From NCBI GenBank assembly GCA_043758385.1, contig JAYVNP010000119.1:151-64150 (forward strand): a stretch of 64,000 nucleotides of DNA, read 5' to 3'. The position numbers and the translations under genes were made by a program. Below, one piece after another: positions 39,888-49,599 of the stretch (positions are counted from its first letter, which is position 1; each line of letters begins with the position of its first letter). The notes below the pieces were generated by a model. It worked only from the letters and a program-made list of their open reading frames with translations, searched no databases and was not told the origin of the DNA. The DNA comes from Saprospiraceae bacterium. GTDB taxonomy: Bacteria; Bacteroidota; Bacteroidia; Chitinophagales; Saprospiraceae.

Positions 39888-41075
39888 ATGGCTAAATCAG
39901 AAACACCTACTATTTACACAAGTGCATTTATTTTCTTGTGCCTCAGTAATTTTCTATTTTCTGCCAGCTTCCAAATGCTCATTCCAGAACTGCCCAATTT
40001 TTTGACGCGTTTGGGCGGTGCGTCCTACAAAGGATTTATTATTGCAGCGTTTACATTAACAGCAGGCTTATCGCGACCGTTCAGCGGGAAATTGACAGAT
40101 ACGATTGGCAGAGTACCTGTTATGATTTTTGGTTCGTTGGTGTGTGTGGTATGCGGAATTTTTTATCCGTTGGTAACAAGTGTGGCAGGTTTTTTTATTT
40201 TACGAACTTTTCACGGATTTTCGACGGGCTTTAAACCCACTGCAACAGCTGCTTATGTAGCAGATTTAACGGATTACGCACGTCGCGGAGAAGCAATGAG
40301 TGCGCTCGGCATGAGCAGCAGTATTGGTTTTAGTTTGGGTCCGGCACTCGGTAGTTATGTATCTAATATTTATGGATTGAACGGCATGTTTGTGCTGAGT
40401 ACGTTTGCTGCGTTGATGTCGGTTGTAATTTTAACATCACAACTGAAAGAAACCGTAAAAAACAAACAAAAATTTTCTTTGCGTTTATTAAAAGTAAATC
40501 GCGCCGATATTTTTGAACCAAAAGTGATTGAACCTTTCGTCATTCAATTTATTATGGCTTTTGTTCTCGGTACGCTTTTAACCATCGTTCCCGATAGGAG
40601 CGAAATCTTACACATCAGCAATAAAGGTTTATTTTTTACCGTTTACACGCTCTCTTCGCTCGCCATTCGGGTATTTGCCGGTAAAAGTTCCGATAAGTTC
40701 GGGCGTTTGCCCGTCATTAAATTTGTAGTTATTTGTTCGGCTGTATCTATGTTTTTTATGGCGCAAGCACAATCAGCGTTTATGTTTTTGTTTGGCGGTA
40801 TTTTGTACGGATTTTCCTACGGATTGAGTACGCCCACATTACAAGCGTGGACGGTTGATTTAACACCCGAAATAAATCGCGGTCGCGGACTTGCTACCAT
40901 GTTCATTGCTTTAGAAGCCGGCATCGGCACAGGTTCAATTGTTTCGCAAGCGGTGTATAATAATGTTGCGGCACAAATTTCGTCTCCTTTTTATTTAGCT
41001 GCCGCTTTGGCATCGGTCGGCTTTATTGGTTTATTTTTTTTGAAAAAAGAAAAATCATTTAAATTAATAGCGTAG
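39888..41075 (+). CDS. MFS transporter
   Basis: 12 TM segments; G.L.D..GR motif in loop 2-3 (GKLTDTIGRVPVM), repeated in the second half (GKSSDKFGRLP). Confidence 0.85.
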   Translation: MAKSETPTIYTSAFIFLCLSNFLFSASFQMLIPELPNFLTRLGGASYKGFIIAAFTLTAGLSRPFSGKLTDTIGRVPVMIFGSLVCVVCGIFYPLVTSVAGFFILRTFHGFSTGFKPTATAAYVADLTDYARRGEAMSALGMSSSIGFSLGPALGSYVSNIYGLNGMFVLSTFAALMSVVILTSQLKETVKNKQKFSLRLLKVNRADIFEPKVIEPFVIQFIMAFVLGTLLTIVPDRSEILHISNKGLFFTVYTLSSLAIRVFAGKSSDKFGRLPVIKFVVICSAVSMFFMAQAQSAFMFLFGGILYGFSYGLSTPTLQAWTVDLTPEINRGRGLATMFIALEAGIGTGSIVSQAVYNNVAAQISSPFYLAAALASVGFIGLFFLKKEKSFKLIA

Positions 41076-41192
41076 TTCAACGCGTACCTTCGCACTGTCA
41101 AATAATTTTTTAAATGATTACGCCCATTAAACAAATATTAAACACGCGAAAAACACTCTGAGTTACCTCTTGTTAATTTTAAAAATTTATTC

Positions 41193-41200
41193 TACATTTG
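41193..41200 (+). promoter_or_regulatory. Bacteroidota -7 box candidate (TAnnTTTG)
   Basis: tacatttg lies 15 nt upstream of the ATG at 41215. Confidence 0.3.
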
Positions 41201-41214
41201 TATAGATTATTCTT

Positions 41215-41412
41215 ATGGAAAACACATTATTGATAGAAATTACTAATCCAAAAGTATTAACCCTCTTACAAGATTTAGAGGAACTTAAACTCATTAAAGT
41301 GCTAACAAAAAAAATACCTAATCCCAAATCAAAGCTTTCTGAGAAATATAGAGGCGTACTTTCAAAGCAAACAGCTGACAAAATGAGGACACATTTCATT
41401 ACAGAATTTTGA
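41215..41412 (+). CDS. Small antitoxin-like protein with no adjacent toxin
   Basis: EITNPKVLTLLQDLEELKLIKV..KLSEKYRGVLSKQTADKM resembles small Bacteroidota proteins that usually precede RelE/HigB-type toxins. This is from memory, not a search. Confidence 0.3.
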   Translation: MENTLLIEITNPKVLTLLQDLEELKLIKVLTKKIPNPKSKLSEKYRGVLSKQTADKMRTHFITEF

Positions 41413-41446
41413 GGTTTATTTCATCGAATCCCACTATTAGTTATGC

Positions 41447-42604
41447 TTATTTTGTTGGTAGTATTAATTTTTGCTTTAAATTTTTACCGAAAATTTCGGT
41501 ATGAATTTTCTCATTATTTAAATCAGAAATAATTTTTTTTATAGACTTTTGTGAGAAAACAACTTTTCTATTATTATTAATAGAGTCAAAATTCTCTATC
41601 CAAATATATTCATCAAATTTAGGGTTAACAGTATTTTCTTCAGGGTTTTCGACTTTAAATTTTTCGTCATTAACCCAACCCAAATGTCTCATAACAATTT
41701 TTAAATGTAAATTGTTAATAGCATATTTGCAATCCTTCACAACCTCTTTCTCTAGAGTTGTCATTAAAATATAGTCTTTTCGTGTAGAAATTTCACCAAC
41801 TATTTTATATAGGGGCTTACCTGCATCATTTGAAATTTTACCAATTTCACCTGCTGAAATTGCGTTTAAAATAACATTAAATACACCATTCTTACTTTTA
41901 TCTATTTCAATTTCACTGCTTGACAGAATATTGTCCTTTCCATTAAAACCATAAATTTTATTATTTTTTGGGCTAATAATTAAAACTTCTCTAGGATTTA
42001 TATTAAATATTTCTGGAAGTAGTTTTGACCATATCTCCATAAATTCTTTTTTCTTTTCATCCGCTTTAATTTGCAAAAAATTGTTGAATTCTTGTGTTGT
42101 GTCATTTGCAACTGCATTTTTACCTGAAGTCCTATATATTATTTCACCTTTTTTAATATTATATTCTTTAAAATCTAATTTTGGTATTAAGACTTGATTT
42201 TGTTTAGCTACCAAAAGATAATAAAATTCCTTTGTGCCCACTTGGAACTTTTGTAAGTCAATGCTTACATTCAGTCCAACTATTTTTTCAAATTTTTGAT
42301 TAACTAAGTTTAAATCTATACTACTCAATAATTGGAGGTTTTTATCATCCAAACCTACTTCTATATACTTTCCAGTTACTTTATTTTCCTCAAATCCCAA
42401 TAGAATTATTCCGCCGTTTCCATTACAAAATGACAAGATATCTTTTGCAAAATTTTTTAAAAAGATTTCTATTGGATTTTCATCACCAGAAAAATTTAAT
42501 TTCAATTTATAGTCATAAAGGTCGTTTTCTTTCGGTAAATTTCCAGTATTTTTAAAATTATCGATTATATCTTTAATTTTAATTTGTAAATCTTGTAGCG
42601 TCAT
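41447..42604 (-). CDS. AlbA_2 (Schlafen-type, divergent AAA_4) domain protein with an uncharacterised C-terminal half
   Basis: YDYKLKL......FAKDILSFCNGNGGIILLGFEE..GK..EVG..; later IYRTSGKNAVA, the typical AlbA_2 pattern. ATG at 42604 preferred. Confidence 0.5.
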   Translation of the reverse strand: MTLQDLQIKIKDIIDNFKNTGNLPKENDLYDYKLKLNFSGDENPIEIFLKNFAKDILSFCNGNGGIILLGFEENKVTGKYIEVGLDDKNLQLLSSIDLNLVNQKFEKIVGLNVSIDLQKFQVGTKEFYYLLVAKQNQVLIPKLDFKEYNIKKGEIIYRTSGKNAVANDTTQEFNNFLQIKADEKKKEFMEIWSKLLPEIFNINPREVLIISPKNNKIYGFNGKDNILSSSEIEIDKSKNGVFNVILNAISAGEIGKISNDAGKPLYKIVGEISTRKDYILMTTLEKEVVKDCKYAINNLHLKIVMRHLGWVNDEKFKVENPEENTVNPKFDEYIWIENFDSINNNRKVVFSQKSIKKIISDLNNEKIHTEIFGKNLKQKLILPTK

Positions 42605-43070
42605 AAATGTAAAAGTTGTCAAATTTTGATCCAACGAGAAGATATTGATGCCAGTGTAAAAACAGAATTCCATTTGCCCATAACCGAACTAATGAATGAA
42701 ATATTGTCAATATTTTATTCAAGAGCTAAATTTACAACTTACTGCTGAAACTAAAGCTCAATAGTAGCAAGAATGTTAACATTTTTCCACGACCTTCCAT
42801 TGGCAACACCAATGTTGGAGGCAATTTTAATTTTAAGCACTAAATTAAATTTAGGCCTCCAACATCAATTATATGTTTGTAGTTCAAATTGCCATACCAA
42901 AATTTGCGTAATAAATGTTTACACTTTAAGCGATTGAGAGTGTTATATTTGTATAAAAAAAGTGTGTGGTTGAAAAACAGGTTGTTCTAATAAAGCTGAG
43001 TTCAAAGGGGTTTACGCCTATTTTGAAAAAACTCCTCACGATAAATAAATGTATTGATTATTATTTTCCT

Positions 43071-43379
43071 ATGGTAATTCGCCTTGTAAAACTCACGTTC
43101 AAACCAGAAAATATCTCCACTTTCATCAACATTTTTGAAAGTAGTAAAAATAAAATTCGCGCTTTTGAAGGGTGCGAACATGTCGAACTTTTAAATGACG
43201 TAGAAAACCTAAATATTTTTTTTACGCGCAGTATTTGGCGGAGCGAAACCGACTTAAATTTGTATCGCCAATCGGAATTGTTTAAAACAACGTGGGCAAA
43301 AACGAAAGTTTTGTTTGCTCAAAAACCCGAAGCATGGACAACAAAATTATTAAATGAAGGGAAGAATAATGATTTTTAA
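43071..43379 (+). CDS. ABM-type (antibiotic biosynthesis monooxygenase-like) small protein
   Basis: About 100-aa ferredoxin-like pattern: IRLVKLTFKPE....F..IFE.SK..I..F.GC.HVELL...E...IFFT.S.W.SE.DL..YR.S. Confidence 0.5.
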   Translation: MVIRLVKLTFKPENISTFINIFESSKNKIRAFEGCEHVELLNDVENLNIFFTRSIWRSETDLNLYRQSELFKTTWAKTKVLFAQKPEAWTTKLLNEGKNNDF

Positions 43380-43432
43380 CAGTTAACGATTAACTGCTAA
43401 CAACCTTCAACTAACAACTAATAACTAAATTT

Positions 43433-44836
43433 ATGGATTACAGAATTGAAAAAGATACAATGGGCAAGGTGGAAGTGCCTGCCGATAAATATTGGGGCGC
43501 GCAAACGCAACGCTCGATAATGAATTTCCCCATTGCGCAAGATATTAATAAAATGCCGCGCGAAATTATAAAAGCGTTCGCTTATTTAAAAGCAGCAGCT
43601 GCACTAACCAATTTCGATTGTGGTGTTTTAGATGCGCAAAAGTGTCAACTCATCGGCGATGTGTGCAAAGAAATTATTGAAGGTAAACTGGATGATCAAT
43701 TTCCGTTGGTAGTTTGGCAAACAGGTAGCGGCACGCAATCGAATATGAATGTGAATGAAGTTGTGGCGTATCGCGCGCACGTTTTAAATGGCGGTTCGTT
43801 ATCGGATGAGAAAAAAATAATCAATCCGAACGATGATGTGAATAAATCGCAAAGCTCGAACGATACTTTCCCGACAGCGATGCACATTGCAGCGTATAGT
43901 ATTTTGATGGAAAAAACGATTCCAGGCATCACCAAACTGCGCGATACTTTGCGCGAAAAAGCAAAAGCGTTTGCACACGTTGTTAAAATTGGTCGCACAC
44001 ATTTAATGGATGCAACGCCGTTAACACTTGGTCAAGAATTTTCGGGTTATGCAGCACAACTTTCCCACGGATTGAAAGCGATTAATAATTCTTTGTCGCA
44101 TCTTTCCGAATTGGCTTTGGGTGGAACTGCCGTTGGAACAGGAATTAACACGCCGCCGAATTATTCAGAGAGGGTTGCGGCACATATTGCTGCACTCACA
44201 GGTTTACCTTTTATGACAGCCGAAAATAAATTCGAATCACTTGCTGCACACGATGCAATTGTTGAAGCACACGGCGCATTAAAAACTGTTGCGTGTTCGA
44301 TGATGAAAATTGCGAATGATGTGCGATTATTAGCATCTGGTCCGCGCGCAGGATTTGGCGAAATTTCTATTCCGGATAACGAACCCGGTTCGAGTATCAT
44401 GCCAGGCAAAGTAAACCCAACACAATGCGAAGCGATGACAATGGTTGCAGCGCAAGTTTTAGGTAATGATGTAGCGATAAATATTGGTGGTGCATCAGGT
44501 CATTTTGAGTTGAATGTTTTCAAACCGATGATGATTTATAATTTCTTACATTCTGCGCGTTTAATCGGCGATGTGTGCGACTCGTTTAACGACCGTTGCG
44601 CTGTGGGTATTGAACCCATTTACGCAAACATCGAAAAGCATTTGAACAGTTCATTGATGCTCGTAACAGCACTCAATCCGAAAATTGGATATTACAAAGC
44701 GGCTGAAATTGCACAAACGGCACACCGCGAAGGTGGCAACCTTAAAGATACTGCTATTAAATTGGGTTATTTGACTGCCGAAGAATTTGATGCGTGGGTA
44801 AAACCCGTTGATATGTGTGGAGAGATTAAAATTTAG
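43433..44836 (+). CDS. fumC: Class II fumarate hydratase
   Basis: [16 protein letters not shown] signature; end-to-end FumC layout. Confidence 0.96.
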   Translation: MDYRIEKDTMGKVEVPADKYWGAQTQRSIMNFPIAQDINKMPREIIKAFAYLKAAAALTNFDCGVLDAQKCQLIGDVCKEIIEGKLDDQFPLVVWQTGSGTQSNMNVNEVVAYRAHVLNGGSLSDEKKIINPNDDVNKSQSSNDTFPTAMHIAAYSILMEKTIPGITKLRDTLREKAKAFAHVVKIGRTHLMDATPLTLGQEFSGYAAQLSHGLKAINNSLSHLSELALGGTAVGTGINTPPNYSERVAAHIAALTGLPFMTAENKFESLAAHDAIVEAHGALKTVACSMMKIANDVRLLASGPRAGFGEISIPDNEPGSSIMPGKVNPTQCEAMTMVAAQVLGNDVAINIGGASGHFELNVFKPMMIYNFLHSARLIGDVCDSFNDRCAVGIEPIYANIEKHLNSSLMLVTALNPKIGYYKAAEIAQTAHREGGNLKDTAIKLGYLTAEEFDAWVKPVDMCGEIKI

Positions 44837-44881
44837 GCGTGCTAAATGGGAGCAGAAAGAATAATTCTATTCTCGTATCAT

Positions 44882-45274
44882 TTAAAATGACATTGGCACA
44901 CCGTTTTCAAGCCACAATTTTTCATTTACAAAATCAATGCTTAAAATATGGCGACCACGAAAAAAATCGAGCCCTAAAATACAATCGTAAGGACTTAAAA
45001 CACCTTTGGCAATAAAATCGTAGGCTAAAACGATAAAATTTTGAAGACTATTGTCTAAAGTTGCGAATTGATTTAATGAAAAAAGTTGCGCTTCAATAAT
45101 GCCATTCGATGTTTCTAAAGTCACCCAATCTTTGCCATTTTCAGGGACATAACCAATCATCATAAGCATATTCCAATCTATAACAGTGTGCGTTGCTGCT
45201 GTATCAACGGCTAACCTAATGGGATAACCATCAATCAATGAATCTACAATAATAACACACCTCATCTGTTTCAA
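44882..45274 (-). CDS. Retropepsin-like (clan AA) aspartic protease, single-domain
   Basis: 130 aa with hydrophobic-hydrophobic-D-T-A-A-T (LAVDTAATHTVI) at the expected position and ILGLDFF near the C-terminus. Gly of the canonical DTG is replaced by Ala. Confidence 0.55.
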   Translation of the reverse strand: MKQMRCVIIVDSLIDGYPIRLAVDTAATHTVIDWNMLMMIGYVPENGKDWVTLETSNGIIEAQLFSLNQFATLDNSLQNFIVLAYDFIAKGVLSPYDCILGLDFFRGRHILSIDFVNEKLWLENGVPMSF

Positions 45275-45299
45275 GGCTAAAAGAATATTTTTTCATAAA

Positions 45300-45668
45300 C
45301 TATTTAGATATTCTCCGCATCAAACCTATACGCCTATGATTAGGGAATTCGCCCGTATAAAAATGATTAACATCTGGATATTGTCGAATGAGGTCTTTGC
45401 CTTTCAGCGCTAATTCCCGTTTGTCTGCCTCGTGAAGAAGAATTTTTCCACCTAAAATTTGTGTGCCGTTTTTGTGCGTGTAAGCTATTAATATCCATTC
45501 ATTAGGATGCATTTTTTTAATTTCCTCAGTTGTTATATATCCTTCAACAGGTGAACCAAAAATGGTATTACTGACGTTGTCTTCTTCGGAAAATGCTTTT
45601 ACAGATTGCACAAAATCTAAAGATTGCACAAAATCTAACAACTTCTGAATCTTTAAATTGAATGGCAT
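45300..45668 (-). CDS. Small partner protein of the retropepsin-like protease (DUF5678-like core?)
   Basis: 122 aa; ends 25 nt before the protease gene. EWILIAY..NGTQILGGKILLHEADKRELALKG resembles antitoxin-like DUF5678 (from memory). Contains a 6-aa duplication. Confidence 0.4.
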   Translation of the reverse strand: MPFNLKIQKLLDFVQSLDFVQSVKAFSEEDNVSNTIFGSPVEGYITTEEIKKMHPNEWILIAYTHKNGTQILGGKILLHEADKRELALKGKDLIRQYPDVNHFYTGEFPNHRRIGLMRRISK

Positions 45669-45868
45669 ACGTTGTTGACATTAACTTTTATTTTTAATGT
45701 TTATCGATACACAAATATATCCCTCTTTTATCGAAGAATAATTTTTTTACAAAATATTCTTCTTTTATTTCGTCGTTCATATTGAAAAACTTTCATTAAA
45801 TTCTAAAAATTTAATGTTCTGTTAAAATTGAAAACAAATATAGGTCGCATCTTTGTAGAATTATAAAA

Positions 45869-46792
45869 ATGTTAATGGCAAATAAAACCAGTTCAAAACG
45901 CAAAGTTGAAATAGTTGTAATCTCCGATACACATTTAGGCAGTGTAGGCTGCCATTCTAAAGAACTTGCCAACTATTTAAAAAGTATAAAAACGGAAAGG
46001 CTTATTTTGAATGGCGACATTATAGATATGTGGCAATTTAAAAAATCTTATTTCCAAAAATATGAGCTTTTAGTTGTTAATCGCATTTTAAAAATGTTAG
46101 CCAATGGCACTATCGTGTATTATCTGACGGGCAACCACGACGATATTTTACGTCGCTTCTCGGGATTTCAAAACGGCAATTTTTATCTGCGCGATCAAGT
46201 CGTATTTTTATTAAATGGCAAAAAACATTGGTTTTTTCATGGCGACGCATTCGATGTAGCGATGCTGAAAACGCGTTGGCTTTCAAAATTAGGCGGTACT
46301 ATCTACGATTGGCTCATCATGGCTAATAAATTTATCAATAAAATTACAGGATTTTTTGGCGCACCACCTATTTTTTTTGCTACACTCATTAAAATGGGAA
46401 TAAAAAAGGTTGTAAAATTTATTTCCGATTTTGAAGACAAAGCGATTGATGCAGCTAAAACAAATGGTTACGATGTTGTAGCGTGTGGTCATATTCACAG
46501 ACCAGCAATTGCTGAAAAGCAAAGCATTCTATATCTCAATTCAGGCGATTGGATAGAAAATTTGACGGCATTAGAATATAATGACGGCAAATGGACTTTA
46601 TTTAAGTATAACCCAAACGATTTTATTGACGCTGCGCCAAAAGAAAAAACCAAACCGACGGACGAAGACGCGCTCATGTCGCTTTCTCAAGAAGAATTAA
46701 TTAATAACTTTATAAATAAAAAACCAGCATTTGTATCTTTGCAAAGTAACGAAGCTGTTGAAAATAAATTTTGGGATGGCATTGAGCATTAA
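45869..46792 (+). CDS. LpxH-family metallophosphoesterase, PlcP-like by context
   Basis: ISDTHLG, NGDIIDMW, GNHD, HGD and GHIHRP calcineurin-like motifs. Confidence 0.7.
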   Translation: MLMANKTSSKRKVEIVVISDTHLGSVGCHSKELANYLKSIKTERLILNGDIIDMWQFKKSYFQKYELLVVNRILKMLANGTIVYYLTGNHDDILRRFSGFQNGNFYLRDQVVFLLNGKKHWFFHGDAFDVAMLKTRWLSKLGGTIYDWLIMANKFINKITGFFGAPPIFFATLIKMGIKKVVKFISDFEDKAIDAAKTNGYDVVACGHIHRPAIAEKQSILYLNSGDWIENLTALEYNDGKWTLFKYNPNDFIDAAPKEKTKPTDEDALMSLSQEELINNFINKKPAFVSLQSNEAVENKFWDGIEH

Positions 46793-46837
46793 AATAATCA
46801 TTCCATACTCTTTCTGATACATTAATAGAACCATACC

Positions 46838-47980
46838 ATGTCAAAAATTTCTAACTGGGTATTTAATAATGTCCATAATAATAACCTGATTTACAATACT
46901 TGTTGGGAAGATCCGCGTTGCGATCGCCAACTATTACAACTAAATAAAAAAAGCGAAGTTGTAATGATAACTTCTGCGGGTTGTAATGCACTCGATTATG
47001 CTTTGGATAATCCGTTTGCTATTAATTGTATTGATATGAATCACCGTCAGAATGCGCTGTTGCAATTAAAATTGTCTTCTATACAAAATACGGCGTTCAA
47101 CGATTTATTTAATATTTTTGGTGAAGGCGTTTACAAAAACGTTAACTCGATTTACAAAGACGTTTTGAGTAAAAATATGCCCGAATTTGCGCGACAGTAT
47201 TGGGATAAAAACATTAAACTTTTCAAAGGTAACGGCATTCGCAAATCTTTTTATTGGCACAGCACGTCGGGTAGTTTTGCTTGGTTGCTGCTAAAATATA
47301 TGCAATTTAAGAAATCGAACCGCATTGCGTTAGATAATATGTTCGCCTCGAAAAATATGGATGAACAACGCGAAAATTATTTCAGACTCGAACGCGGCAT
47401 CATAAATGATTTTATTAAATGGGTGATGGATTTACCGATTATTATGACGATGCTCGGCGTTCCAGCCAGTCAACATAAAATGGTTTCAAAAGATGATAGT
47501 GCCATTGGTTACATTATTAGTTGTTTGCGCCACGTTTTTGCTGAATTACCGATTCAAGATAATTACTTTTATTATCTGTATTTTACAGGAAGATACGATA
47601 CCAATTGTGCGCCGAATTATTTAAAAAAAGAAAATTTTGATATTTTAAAAGAAAATTCGCGTGCAATTTCTACACACACTACTACTTTAACAGGCTTTTT
47701 AAAAGAAAATCCAAAACCGTATTCGCATTTTGTACTTTTAGACCATCAAGATTGGTTGGCAGCTAACGATGTACCAGCATTGAATGAAGAATGGGAAACT
47801 ATTTTAAATAATAGTCAATCGGGTACACGCATTCTTTTACGCTCGGCAGCAAAAGAGATCAATTTTTTTCCTACATTTGTGAATGAACGCGTTGAGTTTG
47901 AAAAAGAACTCACTGCCATAACACACAAACAAGATCGCGTTGGTACGTATGCCAGCGTTTATTTAGGAATAGTAAAATAA
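46838..47980 (+). CDS. DUF3419-family protein (BtaA-like S-adenosylmethionine:diacylglycerol 3-amino-3-carboxypropyl transferase)
   Basis: N-terminal Y.TCWEDP..D...L, a SAM-binding-like TSAGCNALDY, and C-terminal VLLDHQDWL. Confidence 0.72.
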   Translation: MSKISNWVFNNVHNNNLIYNTCWEDPRCDRQLLQLNKKSEVVMITSAGCNALDYALDNPFAINCIDMNHRQNALLQLKLSSIQNTAFNDLFNIFGEGVYKNVNSIYKDVLSKNMPEFARQYWDKNIKLFKGNGIRKSFYWHSTSGSFAWLLLKYMQFKKSNRIALDNMFASKNMDEQRENYFRLERGIINDFIKWVMDLPIIMTMLGVPASQHKMVSKDDSAIGYIISCLRHVFAELPIQDNYFYYLYFTGRYDTNCAPNYLKKENFDILKENSRAISTHTTTLTGFLKENPKPYSHFVLLDHQDWLAANDVPALNEEWETILNNSQSGTRILLRSAAKEINFFPTFVNERVEFEKELTAITHKQDRVGTYASVYLGIVK

Positions 47981-48000
47981 ATTGAACCTGAAAAGTAATA

Positions 48001-48669
48001 ATGGAATCGAACACCAAAACCAATAATTTAGAACACGAAAAATCACAGCAAGCGCATCGCATAAGCAACTATTATAAATTACACGCCAAAATTTACGACG
48101 CGTCGCGTTGGTCGTTTTTATTTGGTAGAAAAACCATTTTAAAACTCATTCCTTTTAGTGCCGACGCAGCAATAAAAATTATTGAAGTCGGTTGCGGAAC
48201 TGGTATTAATCTGCAAAAATTAGCCAATCAATTCCCGAACGCTCAAATTATAGGTTATGATGTTTCAGGCGACATGATTAACGAGTCGAAAAAAAAAATA
48301 GATATTTTTGGCGACCGCGTACGACTGATTTGTGCGCCGTATGGCGATAACCTGAAAGCAGAAAGCGAAAATGCCGATTGTATTTTATTTTCTTATTGTT
48401 TAACGATGGTTAATCCGCAATACAACGAACTTATTGAGCGCGCACGCGTTGATTTAAAACAAAATGGTGTTATTGCCGTCGTAGATTTTTACGATTCAAA
48501 CTCTAATTTATTTAAAAACTGGATGGCAGTTAATCATGTCAGAATGGAACAACACCTTTCTCCGCATTTATTGCGCAACTTTATTACTGAGCAAAGTTTT
48601 ACGCATAAAGCATACGCAGGTTTGTGGCGTTATTTTTTATTTATTGGGCGTAAAAAGTTTGAAAGGTGA
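48001..48669 (+). CDS. Class I SAM-dependent methyltransferase (BtaB-like by context)
   Basis: IIEVGCGTGINL motif I; starts 20 nt after the DUF3419 gene. Confidence 0.6.
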   Translation: MESNTKTNNLEHEKSQQAHRISNYYKLHAKIYDASRWSFLFGRKTILKLIPFSADAAIKIIEVGCGTGINLQKLANQFPNAQIIGYDVSGDMINESKKKIDIFGDRVRLICAPYGDNLKAESENADCILFSYCLTMVNPQYNELIERARVDLKQNGVIAVVDFYDSNSNLFKNWMAVNHVRMEQHLSPHLLRNFITEQSFTHKAYAGLWRYFLFIGRKKFER

Positions 48670-48688
48670 GGTATTTCAATTTAAAAAT

Positions 48689-49417
48689 TTATAATTGCTT
48701 TTTCTCACGTTCTGTTTTATTCGGCGAGCGTATTTCAAAATTAAATCCCGATTCAACGTACTTATTGTATTTCTTTTCATCAAAAGCATACAGCAAAGCA
48801 GGTCTGTGTGCCATGCCTCGTTGCACCTCGTGCGCTTGCAAAATATCCATTTTCAAAAACTTAGTTCTAAAATTGCGCTTGTTGAGCCCAATTCCTAAGA
48901 TAGATTCGTATAGTTTTTGAAGTTGACTGAGCGTAAATTTTTGTGGCAATAATTCAAAACCAATCGGTTGATAGCGTACTTTTGAGCGTAACCTTTCAAT
49001 AGCGGTTTCAAGAATGATGTTATGATCGAAAGCCAAAGACGGAAGTTTTTCGAGCGAAAACCAATCCACGTCTTTAGAAGTAGTTTCAGATCCAATTTTA
49101 TGCTCTTCTAAATTAATAAGCGCATAATAAGCCACAGTTACAACGTGTCCGCGTGGATCGCGTTTGGGCGTACCGAATGTAAAAAGTTGTTCAATAAAAA
49201 TATCTGTTACGCCTGTTTTTTCTTCCAACTCACGCAATGCTGCAGCCTCAAGTGTTTCGGTTTCATTTACAAAACCGCCTGGTAAAGCCCACGCGTTTTT
49301 AAACGGATCGTTGTTGCGTTGAATAAGTAATACCTTTAAGCGACTCGAAGTATCTAATCCGAAAATGACGCAGTCAACTGTGAGCGTCGGTCGAGAAAAC
49401 TCATAAGTATAAGCCAT
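48689..49417 (-). CDS. NrtR-type Nudix hydrolase / winged-helix regulator
   Basis: Nudix box [24 protein letters not shown] plus a C-terminal wHTH region ([22 protein letters not shown]). Confidence 0.75.
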   Translation of the reverse strand: MAYTYEFSRPTLTVDCVIFGLDTSSRLKVLLIQRNNDPFKNAWALPGGFVNETETLEAAALRELEEKTGVTDIFIEQLFTFGTPKRDPRGHVVTVAYYALINLEEHKIGSETTSKDVDWFSLEKLPSLAFDHNIILETAIERLRSKVRYQPIGFELLPQKFTLSQLQKLYESILGIGLNKRNFRTKFLKMDILQAHEVQRGMAHRPALLYAFDEKKYNKYVESGFNFEIRSPNKTEREKKQL

Positions 49418-49599
49418 TAAAAATTAAATTTTTCTTATTTTTTAGTTGTTCAGTAAGCATTTTAAAACAAAAAAAAGTATGTGGTGTATTATGACTCCGC
49501 AAATTTCTTCTTTTCACGCACAAATATAAATTTAAGACGCATTGTTGCCTCAAAGAAAGACATAAAACTTGTTTTAAACGTTATTAATAAAATTATGCC

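Noticed and set aside
48666-48920. 84-aa and 67-aa plus-strand ORFs overlapping the NrtR gene
   Set aside because: They are antisense to a gene with a clear Nudix box and wHTH, and their composition is implausible.
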